IMG/VR virus record: IMGVR_UViG_3300042317_001568
Location: 62,001-126,000 of that record
DNA length: 64,000 nt
Reading direction: 5' to 3' (one strand)
Shown here: positions 39,451-50,577 of the stretch, piece after piece
Position numbering within the stretch: position 1 is the stretch's first letter
How the letters are laid out: each line of letters opens with the position of its first letter
Translations under genes and position numbers: made by a program
Notes under the pieces: generated by a model
The model's input: only the letters and a program-made list of their open reading frames with translations
Databases searched by the model: none
Told to the model about the DNA's origin: nothing

Positions 39451-40233
39451 ATGTCAGAGCGCATTTTATTCCCACAGTTCCGCGACGAGCAAAGCGACTC
39501 GCGGTACCCCTTTACGGACGGGTCTAGCCTAAAGCCGGCAGAAATTAGTTTAACGATAGACCCCGCGTGTTTTATCGACGCCACGTTTCATCCAATAGGC
39601 GGCGGGGAGGCGATATTTTTGAGCCGGTTGATTGTGTCAGCGCTGAATTTTGAATTTGTCGTAGAAACCGCGAACCCGAGCGTAATAGTTCGTGGTGTGT
39701 ACGATTGGCGCGAGCCACCAAGCAACGGGATTATGCCGTTTTTTGATCAGTACGACAGGCCCGCCGGTTTAGTGCTTGTAGACAACGAAAAAATGTCACA
39801 GTTTTTGAGTTGGGGTATTGGCACATACACTTTCGGGCAGCGGTCGGCGCAATTTGTAACGACAACTTTTATTCCAGCAAAAGAGCCCGGCGTACGCGCA
39901 ATCCAGTCTGACCGCGAAGATAGTTTTTTAACAGGCGATGTTTGGATAATCGGAGATGCCGGCGTGGTAGTGCGCGCAGAGGGAGACCGCACCATTCGCG
40001 TCGATGTCGTCGGGGTGCCGCTGTACAGGCGCGTAGCTTGTGATGACGCCGCTGCGGCAGCGCCGCCCAAACCGTATTTGAAGACAATCAACGGGTGCGG
40101 TCCCGACGAGTTTGGAAATTTCACAATTACAGCCACAGACAAAAATTTGCCGGCGGGCCGGGACGACACGGTAGTCCGAATTTATCCGACGAACGGCGGA
40201 CTTGTCTTTGAGGCGCTTGGCGGGAGTGTCTAA
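39451..40233 (+). CDS. Tail protein, paralog family
   Basis: SRYPF; INGCGPDEFGNF. Confidence 0.55.
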   Translation: MSERILFPQFRDEQSDSRYPFTDGSSLKPAEISLTIDPACFIDATFHPIGGGEAIFLSRLIVSALNFEFVVETANPSVIVRGVYDWREPPSNGIMPFFDQYDRPAGLVLVDNEKMSQFLSWGIGTYTFGQRSAQFVTTTFIPAKEPGVRAIQSDREDSFLTGDVWIIGDAGVVVRAEGDRTIRVDVVGVPLYRRVACDDAAAAAPPKPYLKTINGCGPDEFGNFTITATDKNLPAGRDDTVVRIYPTNGGLVFEALGGSV

Positions 40234-40235
40234 AC

Positions 40236-41252
40236 ATGTCGCGTCCCGGCTTTTACAACGACAACGAGTACCGCGCCTATCCGTTTATTTACAACTCGGC
40301 TGCGGACGCGTTGCCGACTAACGTTATTGTTGACGCCGGTTTCATTATGGGGTTGGACGCAGATTACGATGAGACGACAGATTACATTTGGTTAGAGCGC
40401 GTGCAGCGTATATGCGTTACCGGGCGCACAGACTTCAAATTTGTGTTTCGGGTCACGGGCGTTTCGCAACCGATTATTTTTGCGCGGGCCGCGCCAAATG
40501 TTGGCACGCCGCCAACTATTGAGTGGGTGACCGAGTACGCCGAATCAGCCGACGACGCCGCGAGCTGCGGAACAGACCCTGTCTGGTCTGGGTTTATGGT
40601 CACCGGCCGCCTAACCGAATTGGCGGCGAGCATGGTGGAACAGTTCGGGGCGCCAAACACAGACAGTGGCGCGGTAACACACGAGTTAGTGTTTGCGAAT
40701 AACGCGTACAGGATTGAACCGGCACGCGTGCAGAATTTACGCAAAGCCTATCTTCGCAGTGTCAGCGTAGGCAATTATCGCCGCGTAACTGTGCCGGTGT
40801 GCAACAACAGCGGCGCAAGCGTTTTGCCGAATAAAACAGTTATCGTAAACAAAGAATGCATGCACGGCAATTTGCTGTTTCGCGAAGGATACAACTGCCA
40901 GATTATTCAAAAGACGCGCAACAACAGTATTAACATCGGCGCAGTAAAGGGCGGCGGCACAGCAGAAGACAGCGCCCTGTGCGAGAACTCGGGCGAAATC
41001 CCCTTTACGCCGAACGAGGAAAAACCGCTAGAGGTCGCGGCGGCAAACGGCAAACCCGAAGTGCGCAGCAAATTTTTGAGCGGCGGGCCTGCGTGCAAAG
41101 ACTTGATATTCACGATTAACGGAATCGGGGGCGGTAATGTAAACTTAATAGGCGGCGTTAACTTCAGCATGCGCGGGCCAGACGAAGGCGAAACAGCCAC
41201 GCTCCACTTGAACATGAATCAGAATATTCAAGGTGGCTGCGATGGTAATTGA
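40236..41252 (+). CDS. Tail protein, paralog family
   Basis: FYNDN.YRAYPF; [10 protein letters not shown]. Confidence 0.55.
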   Translation: MSRPGFYNDNEYRAYPFIYNSAADALPTNVIVDAGFIMGLDADYDETTDYIWLERVQRICVTGRTDFKFVFRVTGVSQPIIFARAAPNVGTPPTIEWVTEYAESADDAASCGTDPVWSGFMVTGRLTELAASMVEQFGAPNTDSGAVTHELVFANNAYRIEPARVQNLRKAYLRSVSVGNYRRVTVPVCNNSGASVLPNKTVIVNKECMHGNLLFREGYNCQIIQKTRNNSINIGAVKGGGTAEDSALCENSGEIPFTPNEEKPLEVAAANGKPEVRSKFLSGGPACKDLIFTINGIGGGNVNLIGGVNFSMRGPDEGETATLHLNMNQNIQGGCDGN

Positions 41253-44200
41253 CAATTTATTCGCCGGTTCATCGTGCAATATTCGCGAGGTAGAGCGCGT
41301 TAATTTCAGCTTCGTTGCCGACGCTGATTGCCAGATAGCGCCCTTACCGCTGCCAATCTTTGAGTGCGAGTTGCCGCCCGTGCCGCCTGAACCGGACACG
41401 GAAGTCGGCGTAATTTGTCCTGTTTTCGGGCCGGTAGTTGGCGAAATCCGCGTGGGATATCAGCCGCCCACCAACAATTGCTTTATTAAACGCCTTCCCG
41501 AAGCAAAGCTCAGCATAACTAAAACAGCGACAGACCCGTGTAACTACGAACTGGCGCTGGACATCAACGTACCAATCCCGCCGCCGCCGTGCCCGACAAT
41601 TCGCTCTGGGCCTTCGCAGATTGAGGTCGGCTACGATTCTTGCGTATCGCCGCGGGCCGAGCTAATTGTAGACAAAACGATTATTCCGGCGACGTGCACC
41701 ACACCGGAGCGCTGCGAGTTCGATATCGGTTTTGATATAGCCATACCAATTCCGCGCCCGCCATGCCCCGTAATCAGGCGCGGCACATTCACTGTCGATA
41801 CTGGGTTTACAGGTTCGAGCTGTCTGGCCGGCAAAAAAAATTCTTTTAAGGTCACACAGTCAACGATTCCGGGCGACTGTGACACGCCAGAGACGTGCCA
41901 ATACGTCTTCGACCTAGAAATTGTGGTGCCGGTTCCAAAGCAACCGTGTCCAATCTTAAACAGAAAGCAATTCACGGTTTCTTCCGCGTACACATCAGCT
42001 GCGAGCCCGTGCGCGCCCAGTACGTTTTCTATTACCTCTATACCAATTCCGGGAGACAATTGCCGGACAGCAGACACATGCCGCTATGACTTTGAATTAG
42101 CGATTAATGTACCGATACCCCCGCCGCCGTGCCCAGTCATTCGCCGGCGTGTATTTGACGTATCGGTCGGCTACGAAGGCGAAGACTGCGTAGCCGGCGA
42201 CAACTCATTTGAAGTAGTCGCGGACCCGATACCGAGCACGGGCTGTGGCGATCCGGGGCGCTGCGAGTTTGACGTTGATTTAGTTCTAAAGATTCCTATC
42301 CCGAAACCACCGTGTCCAATTCTTAGACAGGTAAGCGACCCGAACGATTTCGTATCTGTTGGATACGACGGCTGTCCGGATGTTGTCGGCAAATCATCGT
42401 ATTTTGCAATTACTCCGGTTACAACAACTACGACCGATGGTTGCAGAACGGTAAAAACGTGCGGCTGGGAAGTCGACCTGCGAATTGTCGTGCCCATCCC
42501 TAAGCCGCCGTGTGTCGTGCTGAGCAAAAGCCCAGACCGCTCGACGTTTGTGTATGTGGGCTACGAAGACTCGCCGTGCGTCAAGGATAAGCAAAGCCAG
42601 TTCAGTATTCGAAAGACCGAGTACAACGACACCGACGGCTGCACCACCGTCAAGCGCTGCGAATGGGAGTTCGACATTGAGATTGTCGTGCCTATCCCCA
42701 AGCCGCCTTGCGTAAATCTTAAGCGCAAGAAAACCGGCAACTTTGTCTACGTTGGCTACGAGGGCTGCACGAATGTCGCGGGCAAGACGTCCTACTTCGC
42801 TATTACGCCCGTAGTGTCGGCACCCACTGCCGGCTGCAATACAGTACCAAAATGCGAATGGGAATTTGACATTGAGATTGTCGTACCGATCCCGAAGCCG
42901 CCGTGTGTCAGTCTTAAACGTAAAACGTCCGGCGACTTTGTTTCCGTCGGCTACGCGGGCTGTGAAAAGGTCGCTGGCAAGACATCGAAATTTGCGATCA
43001 CGCCTGTCATTAGCACTGAGACAGATGGCTGCACTACAGTAAAGAAATGCGAATGGGAATTCGACATCGAGATTGTCGTACCAATCCCCAAACCGCCGTG
43101 CGTAAGCCTAAAGCGCAAAACATCGGGCGATTTCGTTTCCGTCGGCTACGAAGGCTGCGAAAAAGTTGTCGGCAAAACATCCAAGTTTGCGATTACGCCC
43201 GTCATCAGTACTGAGACAGACGGTTGCACTACGGTAAAAAAATGCGAATGGGAGTTCGACATCGAAGTTGTCGTTCCTATTCCTAAACCCCCGTGTGTCA
43301 GCCTTAAGCGCAAAACATCCGGCACGTTTGTGTACGTCGGCTATCAGGGTCAGACGCCAGTCGCGGGGCGCAGTTCGCGCTTTGCAATAACGCCGGTCAC
43401 CACTACAGAAACAGACGGCTGCACGACGGTAAAAAAATGCGAATGGGAATTCGACATTGAGATTGTCGTACCGATCCCTGAGCCGCCATGCGTTACGCTG
43501 AAACGTAAAACCACGGACAACTTTGTCTCCGTCGGCTACGAGGGCTGTGAAAAAGTTGTTGGCAAAACATCGCGCTTCACCATTACGCCTATCACCGGCA
43601 CTACGACGGTCAATGGCGTGACGCTGAAAAAGTGCGAATGGGAATTCGACATTGAGATTGTCGTTCCGATCCCGAAACCGCCATGCGTTAGCCTCAAGCG
43701 CAAGACGTCTGGAGACTTTGTTTCCGTCGGCTACGAAGGTTGTTCGACGGTTGCGGGTAAGTCGTCCAAATTTGCGATTACACAAGTCACGACCACAACG
43801 CAAGATACCTGCAACACGGTAAAGAAGTGCGAATGGGAATTTGACATTGAGATTGTCGTCCCGATCCCGAAGCCGCCGTGCGTAACGCTGACGAACAAAA
43901 AATCTGGCGGGTTCGTGACGGTCGGTTACGAGGGTTCGTCTTGCGTAACCGGCAAATCGAGCAAATTCACTATCACAAAAGTCGCGGCAACTCCGTCTAC
44001 GTCGTGCACCAAGCCAGATGATTGTGAGTGGGAATTCGATATCGACGTCATCGTACCGATACCGAAACCAAAATGCCCGAAGCTGCAGACCAAAGCTACA
44101 AACAAAATCAAGTCGACTTACGAGGACTCACAAACCCCGTTCCCCGGCACAGCTAAGTTTCAGATCATTCCGACCACAAACACGTCGGCGGCATGCAAAA

Positions 44201-47200
44201 CGCCTGACGAGTGCCAGTTTGATTTCGACATTGACATTGATTTTAAGCTTCCTCGCCCACCGTGCCCGCAGATTACTATTCGGCGCCAAACGGTGCGAGC
44301 CGACTACGAAGTGCCGAGCACGCAGCTTTATTTTAATTCGATTACGCAGCATCAGCTGAACACCGGCACCAACCGCCCGCCGCAGTGTATCTTCAATGTT
44401 GACTTTGATCTGCAAATCAAAATACCGAAACCACCGTGCATAAAAATTCAGGTGGGCACAATCGATTTGAGGAAAGTCGATATCGACCGAGAACCGGTGT
44501 TTCGGTTAACGCCGCGCCAGAACTGCAACGCCGGGTACTTCGACAACACGTTCTTAGACTTCACTATTGAGTGGCCGTGGTGCAAGCCGTATTTCGTATA
44601 CGACATATCCGGCAGTTACTCCGGTGGCCCTCCCGAATCGCAGTCTTTAAGCGCAAAATACTACGACCCCGTCGACGGCGATGGCTGTGGCGGCGACGAC
44701 AAAACCAAGCTGTACGTCAAACAAGACCAAAGCGATAAGTGCAAGTTTTGGATATCCGCGGAGACAAAGCTCAACATCGCGTCGAGTGTGTACAAAGTAA
44801 AAGAGGTTGAAATCACTGGGTGTGACACCGACAACTTCGGCTACGGTGGCTACGCAAACGACACCTATTGCGCGATCAGAGAAGTACAGATTGAAGAAGA
44901 GATAAAATCAGGCGGCGCGGGCTGCAATACCTCACCCAAGGTTGTCGAGCAAAAAGTAAAAATTGTAACCAACCCGTTGAAGGCCGGTAAAGTCACGGTT
45001 ACGCCAGACAGTGTCGCCAGCGGTGAATTGTCAATTGTCGACAAAGACACGTACTCTGAGTTAACGCTTACGCTTGATTTCAACACGGTTGAATGCAGCA
45101 GCGGGGCGAGTGCTGGCGGTGGCGGTGGTGGTGGTGGCGGCTACGGCGGCAGCAGCGGAAGCGGCGGAAGTTCTGGCACGGTCTTTTGTTACACCGGCCC
45201 TAGCGGCGCCACGGGTCCCCGCGGTCCGACGGGTCCGTGCGGCCCAACCGGCGCGACAGGACCAACTGGCCCGCGCGGATTCACGGGCGTTACTGGTCCG
45301 CCGGGTCTGACTGGCCCGTCTGGTCCTTCAGGCCCGGCCGGCCCGCTACCGCTCATCAGCGCATTTGTTATGCAGCCGCTTGTAACCCCGCCGGCGCAAC
45401 CATACTTAAACGTCTCGGGTACACCAGAAGCACCAATATTAGAGTTTTATCTGCAGCGCGCACCGTACGTAACCAAAGGAAACGTACAGATTGTCGCGCC
45501 GGACATCGACCCTGATATTACCGCGCAGGGCGGCGGCGCGCAGGGCGACCTAACGCTCGACTTCAAACTACCGCGCGCGGCAAAAATAAATGTAAAACCA
45601 GTCACGGTATTAACGCCAGATACTGTGCCTACAGCTGTCGGGCAACCCAACGCCGGCGACGTAGATTTAACGTTCTCATTACCGCGCGCAGCAACTGTTA
45701 CAAAAGGAGATTTCGAGGTCCTTGATCCCGATCAAGACCCAGAAGTCGATTTCCAGATTCAAGCCGGCGACGTCACCGTTGACTTCAAGCTTCCCAGAGC
45801 AGCCGAGATCAACGTTCAACCAACCACGGTTGTAGCGCCTAACGTCGATCCATCGGTATCACAAACAACCACAGCCGGTGACGTAGATTTGACGTTTAGT
45901 CTGCCGCGGGCGCCAGAGTTTACAGTTGCCGCCACCAATATCGGGGGTGCGGGCGATGACCCTGCTGTAGAGTTAGCGCAAACCGGCGGCGGCGATTACG
46001 AATTTACTTTCACCCTGCCGGGCGCTAAGTCTCTTGCGATTGGTACTACGACGACACTAGACCCCGTAAACGACCCGACTGTTGCGCTTATCGCAAACGG
46101 CGACGACAGCGGCTACGACATTAACTTCTCGTTGCCGCGAGCAATAGCGTTCACGTCAAACTCGTTTGCCATAGACCCGATAGATGACCCGATTGTGATG
46201 GTGAGTACGGACCCGTTCAGCGGCGATAAGCATCTCGGGTTTAATTTACCGCGAGCTCGCCGCGTGGATGTTGGCAACGTGATTTCAATCGGCCTCACCG
46301 GGCCGACAGGTCCAAATAATGCGTACATTTGCTCCGAGCTGGATATCACATGCGCGGCGAAGGTTACCGCCCGAGAAGATACGGCCGGCGACGTATTGCT
46401 CGACTTTGAAATTCCTTTAGGCCCAACCGGCCCGGCGGGACCGTCTGGTCCGACAGGGCCGACAGGACCTACCGGCGCCACAGGCCCGGATGGCCCGCAA
46501 GGTATAGAAGGCCCGCTTGGGCCGACGGGACCGTCTGGTCCGACAGGGCCTACAGGGCCAACTGGAGCTACCGGGGTCGCTGGGCCGCAAGGCGTAGAAG
46601 GGCCTCTCGGGCCGTCTGGTCCGACAGGGCCGACAGGGCCTACAGGGCCTTCAGGGCCACGCGGCTTTCAGGGTGTAACGGGCCTGTCAGGCCCAAGCGG
46701 TCCGAAGGGGCCCACGGGCCCAACGGGCGCTACAGGGCCAGCAGGGCCCTCTGGACCGCGTGGTTTAGGCGAAACAGGGCCGACAGGGCCGACGGGCGCT
46801 ACAGGGCCGAGCGGGCCGCAAGGGCCTATTGGGCCGCAGGGTCCTGAAGGTGTTCAAGGTCCGCAGGGTCCAGAAGGACCGCAAGGTCAAATAGGTAACG
46901 CCGGGCCGCAGGGGGCGCAGGGTCCTCCGGGTGTTCAAGGCGCCGACGGTCCAGAAGGCCCACAAGGACCGCTTGGGCCGTCTGGACCAGCAGGCCCTTC
47001 CGGACCAACTGGCCCGAGCGGCCCATTAGGCCCGACAGGTCCGATAGGTCCTTGCGGACCGCCGGGCTCGCCGGGGCCGCAGGGCGCGACAGGCCCCACA
47101 GGGCCAGCAGGGCCGAGCACATTAACTGAAGCGTTATTGCAACAAATTATTGCGGCTGTAAACACCAACCCCGCACTGCGGCTTGCAATAAAAAACGCAG

Positions 47201-47211
47201 CGCTAGCGTGA
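41233..47211 (+). CDS. Giant fibre protein: ~16 Cys-rich repeats, nine LPRA repeats, two collagen-like G-P-T/S tracts
   Basis: Repeats are directly visible in the translation. Confidence 0.8.
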   Translation: MAAMVIDNLFAGSSCNIREVERVNFSFVADADCQIAPLPLPIFECELPPVPPEPDTEVGVICPVFGPVVGEIRVGYQPPTNNCFIKRLPEAKLSITKTATDPCNYELALDINVPIPPPPCPTIRSGPSQIEVGYDSCVSPRAELIVDKTIIPATCTTPERCEFDIGFDIAIPIPRPPCPVIRRGTFTVDTGFTGSSCLAGKKNSFKVTQSTIPGDCDTPETCQYVFDLEIVVPVPKQPCPILNRKQFTVSSAYTSAASPCAPSTFSITSIPIPGDNCRTADTCRYDFELAINVPIPPPPCPVIRRRVFDVSVGYEGEDCVAGDNSFEVVADPIPSTGCGDPGRCEFDVDLVLKIPIPKPPCPILRQVSDPNDFVSVGYDGCPDVVGKSSYFAITPVTTTTTDGCRTVKTCGWEVDLRIVVPIPKPPCVVLSKSPDRSTFVYVGYEDSPCVKDKQSQFSIRKTEYNDTDGCTTVKRCEWEFDIEIVVPIPKPPCVNLKRKKTGNFVYVGYEGCTNVAGKTSYFAITPVVSAPTAGCNTVPKCEWEFDIEIVVPIPKPPCVSLKRKTSGDFVSVGYAGCEKVAGKTSKFAITPVISTETDGCTTVKKCEWEFDIEIVVPIPKPPCVSLKRKTSGDFVSVGYEGCEKVVGKTSKFAITPVISTETDGCTTVKKCEWEFDIEVVVPIPKPPCVSLKRKTSGTFVYVGYQGQTPVAGRSSRFAITPVTTTETDGCTTVKKCEWEFDIEIVVPIPEPPCVTLKRKTTDNFVSVGYEGCEKVVGKTSRFTITPITGTTTVNGVTLKKCEWEFDIEIVVPIPKPPCVSLKRKTSGDFVSVGYEGCSTVAGKSSKFAITQVTTTTQDTCNTVKKCEWEFDIEIVVPIPKPPCVTLTNKKSGGFVTVGYEGSSCVTGKSSKFTITKVAATPSTSCTKPDDCEWEFDIDVIVPIPKPKCPKLQTKATNKIKSTYEDSQTPFPGTAKFQIIPTTNTSAACKTPDECQFDFDIDIDFKLPRPPCPQITIRRQTVRADYEVPSTQLYFNSITQHQLNTGTNRPPQCIFNVDFDLQIKIPKPPCIKIQVGTIDLRKVDIDREPVFRLTPRQNCNAGYFDNTFLDFTIEWPWCKPYFVYDISGSYSGGPPESQSLSAKYYDPVDGDGCGGDDKTKLYVKQDQSDKCKFWISAETKLNIASSVYKVKEVEITGCDTDNFGYGGYANDTYCAIREVQIEEEIKSGGAGCNTSPKVVEQKVKIVTNPLKAGKVTVTPDSVASGELSIVDKDTYSELTLTLDFNTVECSSGASAGGGGGGGGGYGGSSGSGGSSGTVFCYTGPSGATGPRGPTGPCGPTGATGPTGPRGFTGVTGPPGLTGPSGPSGPAGPLPLISAFVMQPLVTPPAQPYLNVSGTPEAPILEFYLQRAPYVTKGNVQIVAPDIDPDITAQGGGAQGDLTLDFKLPRAAKINVKPVTVLTPDTVPTAVGQPNAGDVDLTFSLPRAATVTKGDFEVLDPDQDPEVDFQIQAGDVTVDFKLPRAAEINVQPTTVVAPNVDPSVSQTTTAGDVDLTFSLPRAPEFTVAATNIGGAGDDPAVELAQTGGGDYEFTFTLPGAKSLAIGTTTTLDPVNDPTVALIANGDDSGYDINFSLPRAIAFTSNSFAIDPIDDPIVMVSTDPFSGDKHLGFNLPRARRVDVGNVISIGLTGPTGPNNAYICSELDITCAAKVTAREDTAGDVLLDFEIPLGPTGPAGPSGPTGPTGPTGATGPDGPQGIEGPLGPTGPSGPTGPTGPTGATGVAGPQGVEGPLGPSGPTGPTGPTGPSGPRGFQGVTGLSGPSGPKGPTGPTGATGPAGPSGPRGLGETGPTGPTGATGPSGPQGPIGPQGPEGVQGPQGPEGPQGQIGNAGPQGAQGPPGVQGADGPEGPQGPLGPSGPAGPSGPTGPSGPLGPTGPIGPCGPPGSPGPQGATGPTGPAGPSTLTEALLQQIIAAVNTNPALRLAIKNAALA
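42658..44075 (+). repeat. Coding tandem repeat with a 195-nt (65-aa) period
   Basis: CEWEFDI codons start at 42658, 42853, 43048, 43243, 43438, 43633, 43828 and 44023. Confidence 0.9.
46420..47117 (+). repeat. Collagen-like Gly-X-Y coding repeat (~75 triplets)
   Basis: Uninterrupted or near-uninterrupted [12 protein letters not shown] run. Confidence 0.9.
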
Positions 47212-47212
47212 T

Positions 47213-47241
47213 TTGACAAAAACGATATAAGTTTCGACAAT
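47213..47241 (+). promoter_or_regulatory. Sigma70-like promoter TTGACA-N17-GACAAT
   Basis: Perfect -35 box and 17-nt spacer in an intergenic position. Confidence 0.5.
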
Positions 47242-47265
47242 CGAAACAACCAAGGAGCGGTACCT

Positions 47266-47649
47266 ATGCAACGCACGCGCAGTGTTTCATTCAGCCGAGA
47301 CAATCTAATTCATCTTGTGATGCGACCTGATTTTTTCGAAAAGAACCCGTCGCTCGTTACGCAGCAGCAAGAAATAACAGATTGTGTGGCGCGGTACAAA
47401 GAATCCATTGCCGCGGCTGGGTGCGGCTGCCGTGCCAACACTAGCCTTGTGATGGACTGCCTAGAAAATTTGCTGACAAAACTTGAAGCACTGCAAGCTG
47501 CGGGCGACGAATTATCTAAGCAAGCCGTGGCAGAATTTATTAAGTACTCTACCAACGTTGTGCCGCGAGAAAATGAAACCATCACTTTAAACGTTTATTT
47601 CCGTAAAACCGGCGTGGACGATGCGCACAAATACGAGTTTGTATTATGA
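47266..47649 (+). CDS. Hypothetical protein with CGC motif
   Basis: AAGGAG RBS; 127 aa. Confidence 0.6.
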   Translation: MQRTRSVSFSRDNLIHLVMRPDFFEKNPSLVTQQQEITDCVARYKESIAAAGCGCRANTSLVMDCLENLLTKLEALQAAGDELSKQAVAEFIKYSTNVVPRENETITLNVYFRKTGVDDAHKYEFVL

Positions 47650-47924
47650 GCCTTAAAGCCAGCCCCAACACATCAAAATTGCTTTACGGAACTAAACCGC
47701 AGGTCCGCGCCGACGGGGATGACGCCGGCGTTGTGACTGTACGCCTCCGCGACGATTGTCACCGCCCCGTCGCTGGTCGAACAGTGGTGCTCACGGCCGA
47801 TCGCGGAGACGTCACAATTCAACAACCCGGGCCGACGAACGCAGAAGGGCTCGCGCTCGGCTACGTGCGTTCAAGTGTTCCGGGACCCGTAAACATTACC
47901 GGCGTTATACAACCACTGACGTAA
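47646..47924 (+). CDS. Stand-alone bacterial Ig-like (Big_1/invasin-type) domain protein
   Basis: ADG.D...VTV.LRD....PV.G..V...TNAEG.A...V.S..PG...IT. Confidence 0.75.
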   Translation: MSLKASPNTSKLLYGTKPQVRADGDDAGVVTVRLRDDCHRPVAGRTVVLTADRGDVTIQQPGPTNAEGLALGYVRSSVPGPVNITGVIQPLT

Positions 47925-47929
47925 TAAAC

Positions 47930-48757
47930 ATGACTACAGAAAACTGCTGCAACAATCAAGATTACCCCGGCGCAATTCAGCTCGATGGCGCGCTGACCTT
48001 GAACTTTTATTCGCCGGAGTTGCCACCGCCGCCGCCAGCTCCGGACAGCGGACGCAATATCCATTTAGTGTGGGAGGTCAGCCGCTACAACTACCACTCG
48101 ACAGACGGTATTCGCGTGCGCATTACAGCCGACAGCGCAACGTTAATGTCGCCCAAAGTGTTCGCGTACCAGTTGCTGCCGCTGAAACCCGGCGATGAAG
48201 AACGCGTAGGAAGCTTTGATCATGTGTGCTCGCCGGTCGACCTAGAGGAGTACCCTGAAGACGAACCCATTGCGAACTCCCGGCCGGCTTGGTTCCGGTT
48301 GAACTATGTAGACGTTCTGCTGCGGTCGCGTGCGGAGGTAAAGGGGTTTGTCCAAGACGTGACAGAAGATGTCCAGCGGCTTAAGCAGACACTGGACACG
48401 ATGGACGATTTACTGCCGGGTGGCGCCATGTGGTTTGGCACACCGCCGGTTGCTCCAGCCGCCCCGACAGGTCTCGTGACCACCGTCGGGAACGCGCGAG
48501 TGACTTTAGGCTGGGCAGCGCCGACAAACAACGGCGGCGCACCGATAACAAATTATCTTGTGCAAAGAACGCTGGCGACCGGCACTCCCAACTGGATAAC
48601 CGTGTCGTCCGCGGCTTCGGTTGCAACAAACCGCATTGTTACCGGTTTGACAAACGGCGTTGGTTACAAATTTCGTGTTGCTGCTGTAAACATCATTGGC
48701 CCCGGGCCGTTTGTAACAACAAGCAACGCTGTCACCCCAGTTCAACCGGCACCATAA
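47930..48757 (+). CDS. Virion protein with C-terminal fibronectin type III domain
   Basis: PAAPTGL...VTLGWAAP..NGGAPITNY...VTGLTNG..YKFRVAAVN. Confidence 0.8.
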   Translation: MTTENCCNNQDYPGAIQLDGALTLNFYSPELPPPPPAPDSGRNIHLVWEVSRYNYHSTDGIRVRITADSATLMSPKVFAYQLLPLKPGDEERVGSFDHVCSPVDLEEYPEDEPIANSRPAWFRLNYVDVLLRSRAEVKGFVQDVTEDVQRLKQTLDTMDDLLPGGAMWFGTPPVAPAAPTGLVTTVGNARVTLGWAAPTNNGGAPITNYLVQRTLATGTPNWITVSSAASVATNRIVTGLTNGVGYKFRVAAVNIIGPGPFVTTSNAVTPVQPAP

Positions 48758-48759
48758 CC

Positions 48760-49065
48760 ATGCGCGACCTTGTTGTTATTGAAGACAGCCTAATCTTTTC
48801 AATGCTGAACGACACGGCGTTTACAAACACTATTCCGTGCTTGTTCGGCAAAAAAGACATTTTTTTAACAAACGCTACTGGCGGTTGCAGCAGCTGCTCA
48901 CAAAAACGGCAAGAACGACGACGCGCCGAGATCGCGCGAATAAAGGCGTGTCTCGCGGGGCTGAGCACAGAAAAGCGCGCTGAGCTTAAAAAACTCTTCA
49001 ACACGCAAAAAATTCGGATCGTGTACACGACCGCCGGCAATCAGACCGCGCAAGTCACATTTTAG
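48760..49065 (+). CDS. Hypothetical protein with CxxC motif
   Basis: ATG 2 nt after the FN3 gene stop; CSSC. Confidence 0.55.
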   Translation: MRDLVVIEDSLIFSMLNDTAFTNTIPCLFGKKDIFLTNATGGCSSCSQKRQERRRAEIARIKACLAGLSTEKRAELKKLFNTQKIRIVYTTAGNQTAQVTF

Positions 49066-49078
49066 GGGAAAAGACGCG

Positions 49079-49107
49079 CTAAATTTTTCGCAATTTCGCG
49101 GCATATT
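49079..49107 (+). promoter_or_regulatory. Promoter-like motif CTAAAT-N17-CATATT, copy 3
   Basis: Repeated motif. Confidence 0.75.
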
Positions 49108-49154
49108 AGATGCCCCGCTATCTCATTATCAGCGGGTCACTCTGGAGACGCGAA

Positions 49155-49601
49155 ATGGCTGCAACTGCGACTATAAGGGATTTTGTCGTATCTGAAGACG
49201 TGGTAGAACACGTCAAGGCGCGTATCAAACACCATCTGCGACATCGGCAGAAGCGGGGTGTACCGAAGACGAGTCAGACGCTGGTGGACCGCGTCATGGC
49301 TAAATACGACGCGGCGTTTCCAGACAAGTTCTGGCATCGCGTCGGATTGTGGTACACCAAGATCATGGAACGGACGCTTCCAAAAATGCGCGGGTTTGCC
49401 GCCACTGATTTCTTTGAGATTGTTGCGGCGCACCTCCGCAACAACGAAGACTACGATGGTTTTCAGGACCCACCTGACGACATCGAACAGCGCGTCCAAC
49501 GTGACGCATATGTCGCCTGCACTGCGGGCATTAGGGACTACACTTATGACGATGACATCGACACGTTCGATGATGACGGACCTAGCCACGATTCGTGGTA
49601 A
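49155..49601 (+). CDS. Hypothetical protein (cassette C cargo)
   Basis: GGAG RBS before ATG 49155; acidic C-terminal tail. Confidence 0.65.
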   Translation: MAATATIRDFVVSEDVVEHVKARIKHHLRHRQKRGVPKTSQTLVDRVMAKYDAAFPDKFWHRVGLWYTKIMERTLPKMRGFAATDFFEIVAAHLRNNEDYDGFQDPPDDIEQRVQRDAYVACTAGIRDYTYDDDIDTFDDDGPSHDSW

Positions 49602-49702
49602 AACATGCACGGCTATGCAGTCGTAACAATCTACGCAGATTGTTTCGACTCGTAGTCGTGCTAAATTTTGCTATTGCCACTTTCCCTTAGCTATTACAAC
49701 TT

Positions 49703-50188
49703 ATGGCCAAAAAAATTGACAAAACGTTGCAGGTACAACCGACCCCGAAAACCGCGTATTCGATGCCGGAACCAAATGATGACATGGCCGCCTTCGGTTG
49801 GGACTTGTCAAAAATTCGGTTTCCGGCGCCCGGCTTAAAACGCGGCGACGTCTGGTCCGGCCCGCCGATCTGGAGCGTGCCAATTAACATCGAGCTCGTA
49901 AATAAGTACGGCCCCGATATTCAGTTCCTCAACCCCCGATTTCTGCAACTCATCCTCGACGCATCGCCCGAAGTGCAAGAAGCAGTAGCTAAAGCAAAAG
50001 CGGCGCGATATACAGCCACGGCTATCGCGGAACTGCAGAAAACTATTATGACTGTCTTCAAAACGATGATTATCCCAAACATCGTCGAGCGCTTTGAAAA
50101 CATATCGGACGGCGTAGCGCAATTCTACGCCGCCCGATTAGCGTGGACGACAAAGTACGGAGAAGACCAATCAGAAGACGTCAAGTAA
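49703..50188 (+). CDS. Hypothetical protein
   Basis: 161-aa ORF. Confidence 0.55.
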   Translation: MAKKIDKTLQVQPTPKTAYSMPEPNDDMAAFGWDLSKIRFPAPGLKRGDVWSGPPIWSVPINIELVNKYGPDIQFLNPRFLQLILDASPEVQEAVAKAKAARYTATAIAELQKTIMTVFKTMIIPNIVERFENISDGVAQFYAARLAWTTKYGEDQSEDVK

Positions 50189-50459
50189 TCGACGCTAAGA
50201 CTGTGAAGTCTCGTCGATAACCCGCGACCGGGCCGCGCTTGCCCATCAGCAGCTCGTCGTCGGTCTTTCCGTCGGCGTCAACCGGGTACGGACCGCCGGC
50301 GTTAGAAACACCCGGCCGGTGCAGTCCTTTTGACGCGGCTTCTTTCAGGACTAGATTGGCAGTGTCGGGCGACAGAAGTTCCTCTATACTGCGACCTTCG
50401 GCAACAAACTCGCCGCGGGTATTTGATAACACCGATAAGGAATCAACAATGGAAGCCAT
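50181..50459 (-). CDS. Hypothetical protein (92 aa)
   Basis: GGAG upstream of ATG 50459 on the - strand; protein-like composition. Confidence 0.5.
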   Translation of the reverse strand: MASIVDSLSVLSNTRGEFVAEGRSIEELLSPDTANLVLKEAASKGLHRPGVSNAGGPYPVDADGKTDDELLMGKRGPVAGYRRDFTVLASIT

Positions 50460-50577
50460 GGAAACGGTCTCCGAAAAAAAGGAAAAACAACCACTTGCGC
50501 TTGGTATGGTAACACCGGCGTTATGTTTGAGCAAGCTACAAACACGGGCTCTTTTCACCGGCGTACTCGGTAAAAAC

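Noticed and set aside
42658-44075. CRISPR array or DGR template/variable repeat
   Set aside because: The repeats are in-frame coding units with synonymous variation, no unique spacers and no adenine-specific changes; no reverse transcriptase or cas gene in the window.
1-47211. Numerous long antisense and alternate-frame ORFs (e.g. 1872-2675, 12185-13168, 19179-20186)
   Set aside because: These are shadow ORFs caused by GC-rich codon bias of the real genes.
49607-49661. Integron attC site
   Set aside because: It lacks the RYYYAAC/GTTRRRY boxes, and its G-U wobbles favour an RNA hairpin.
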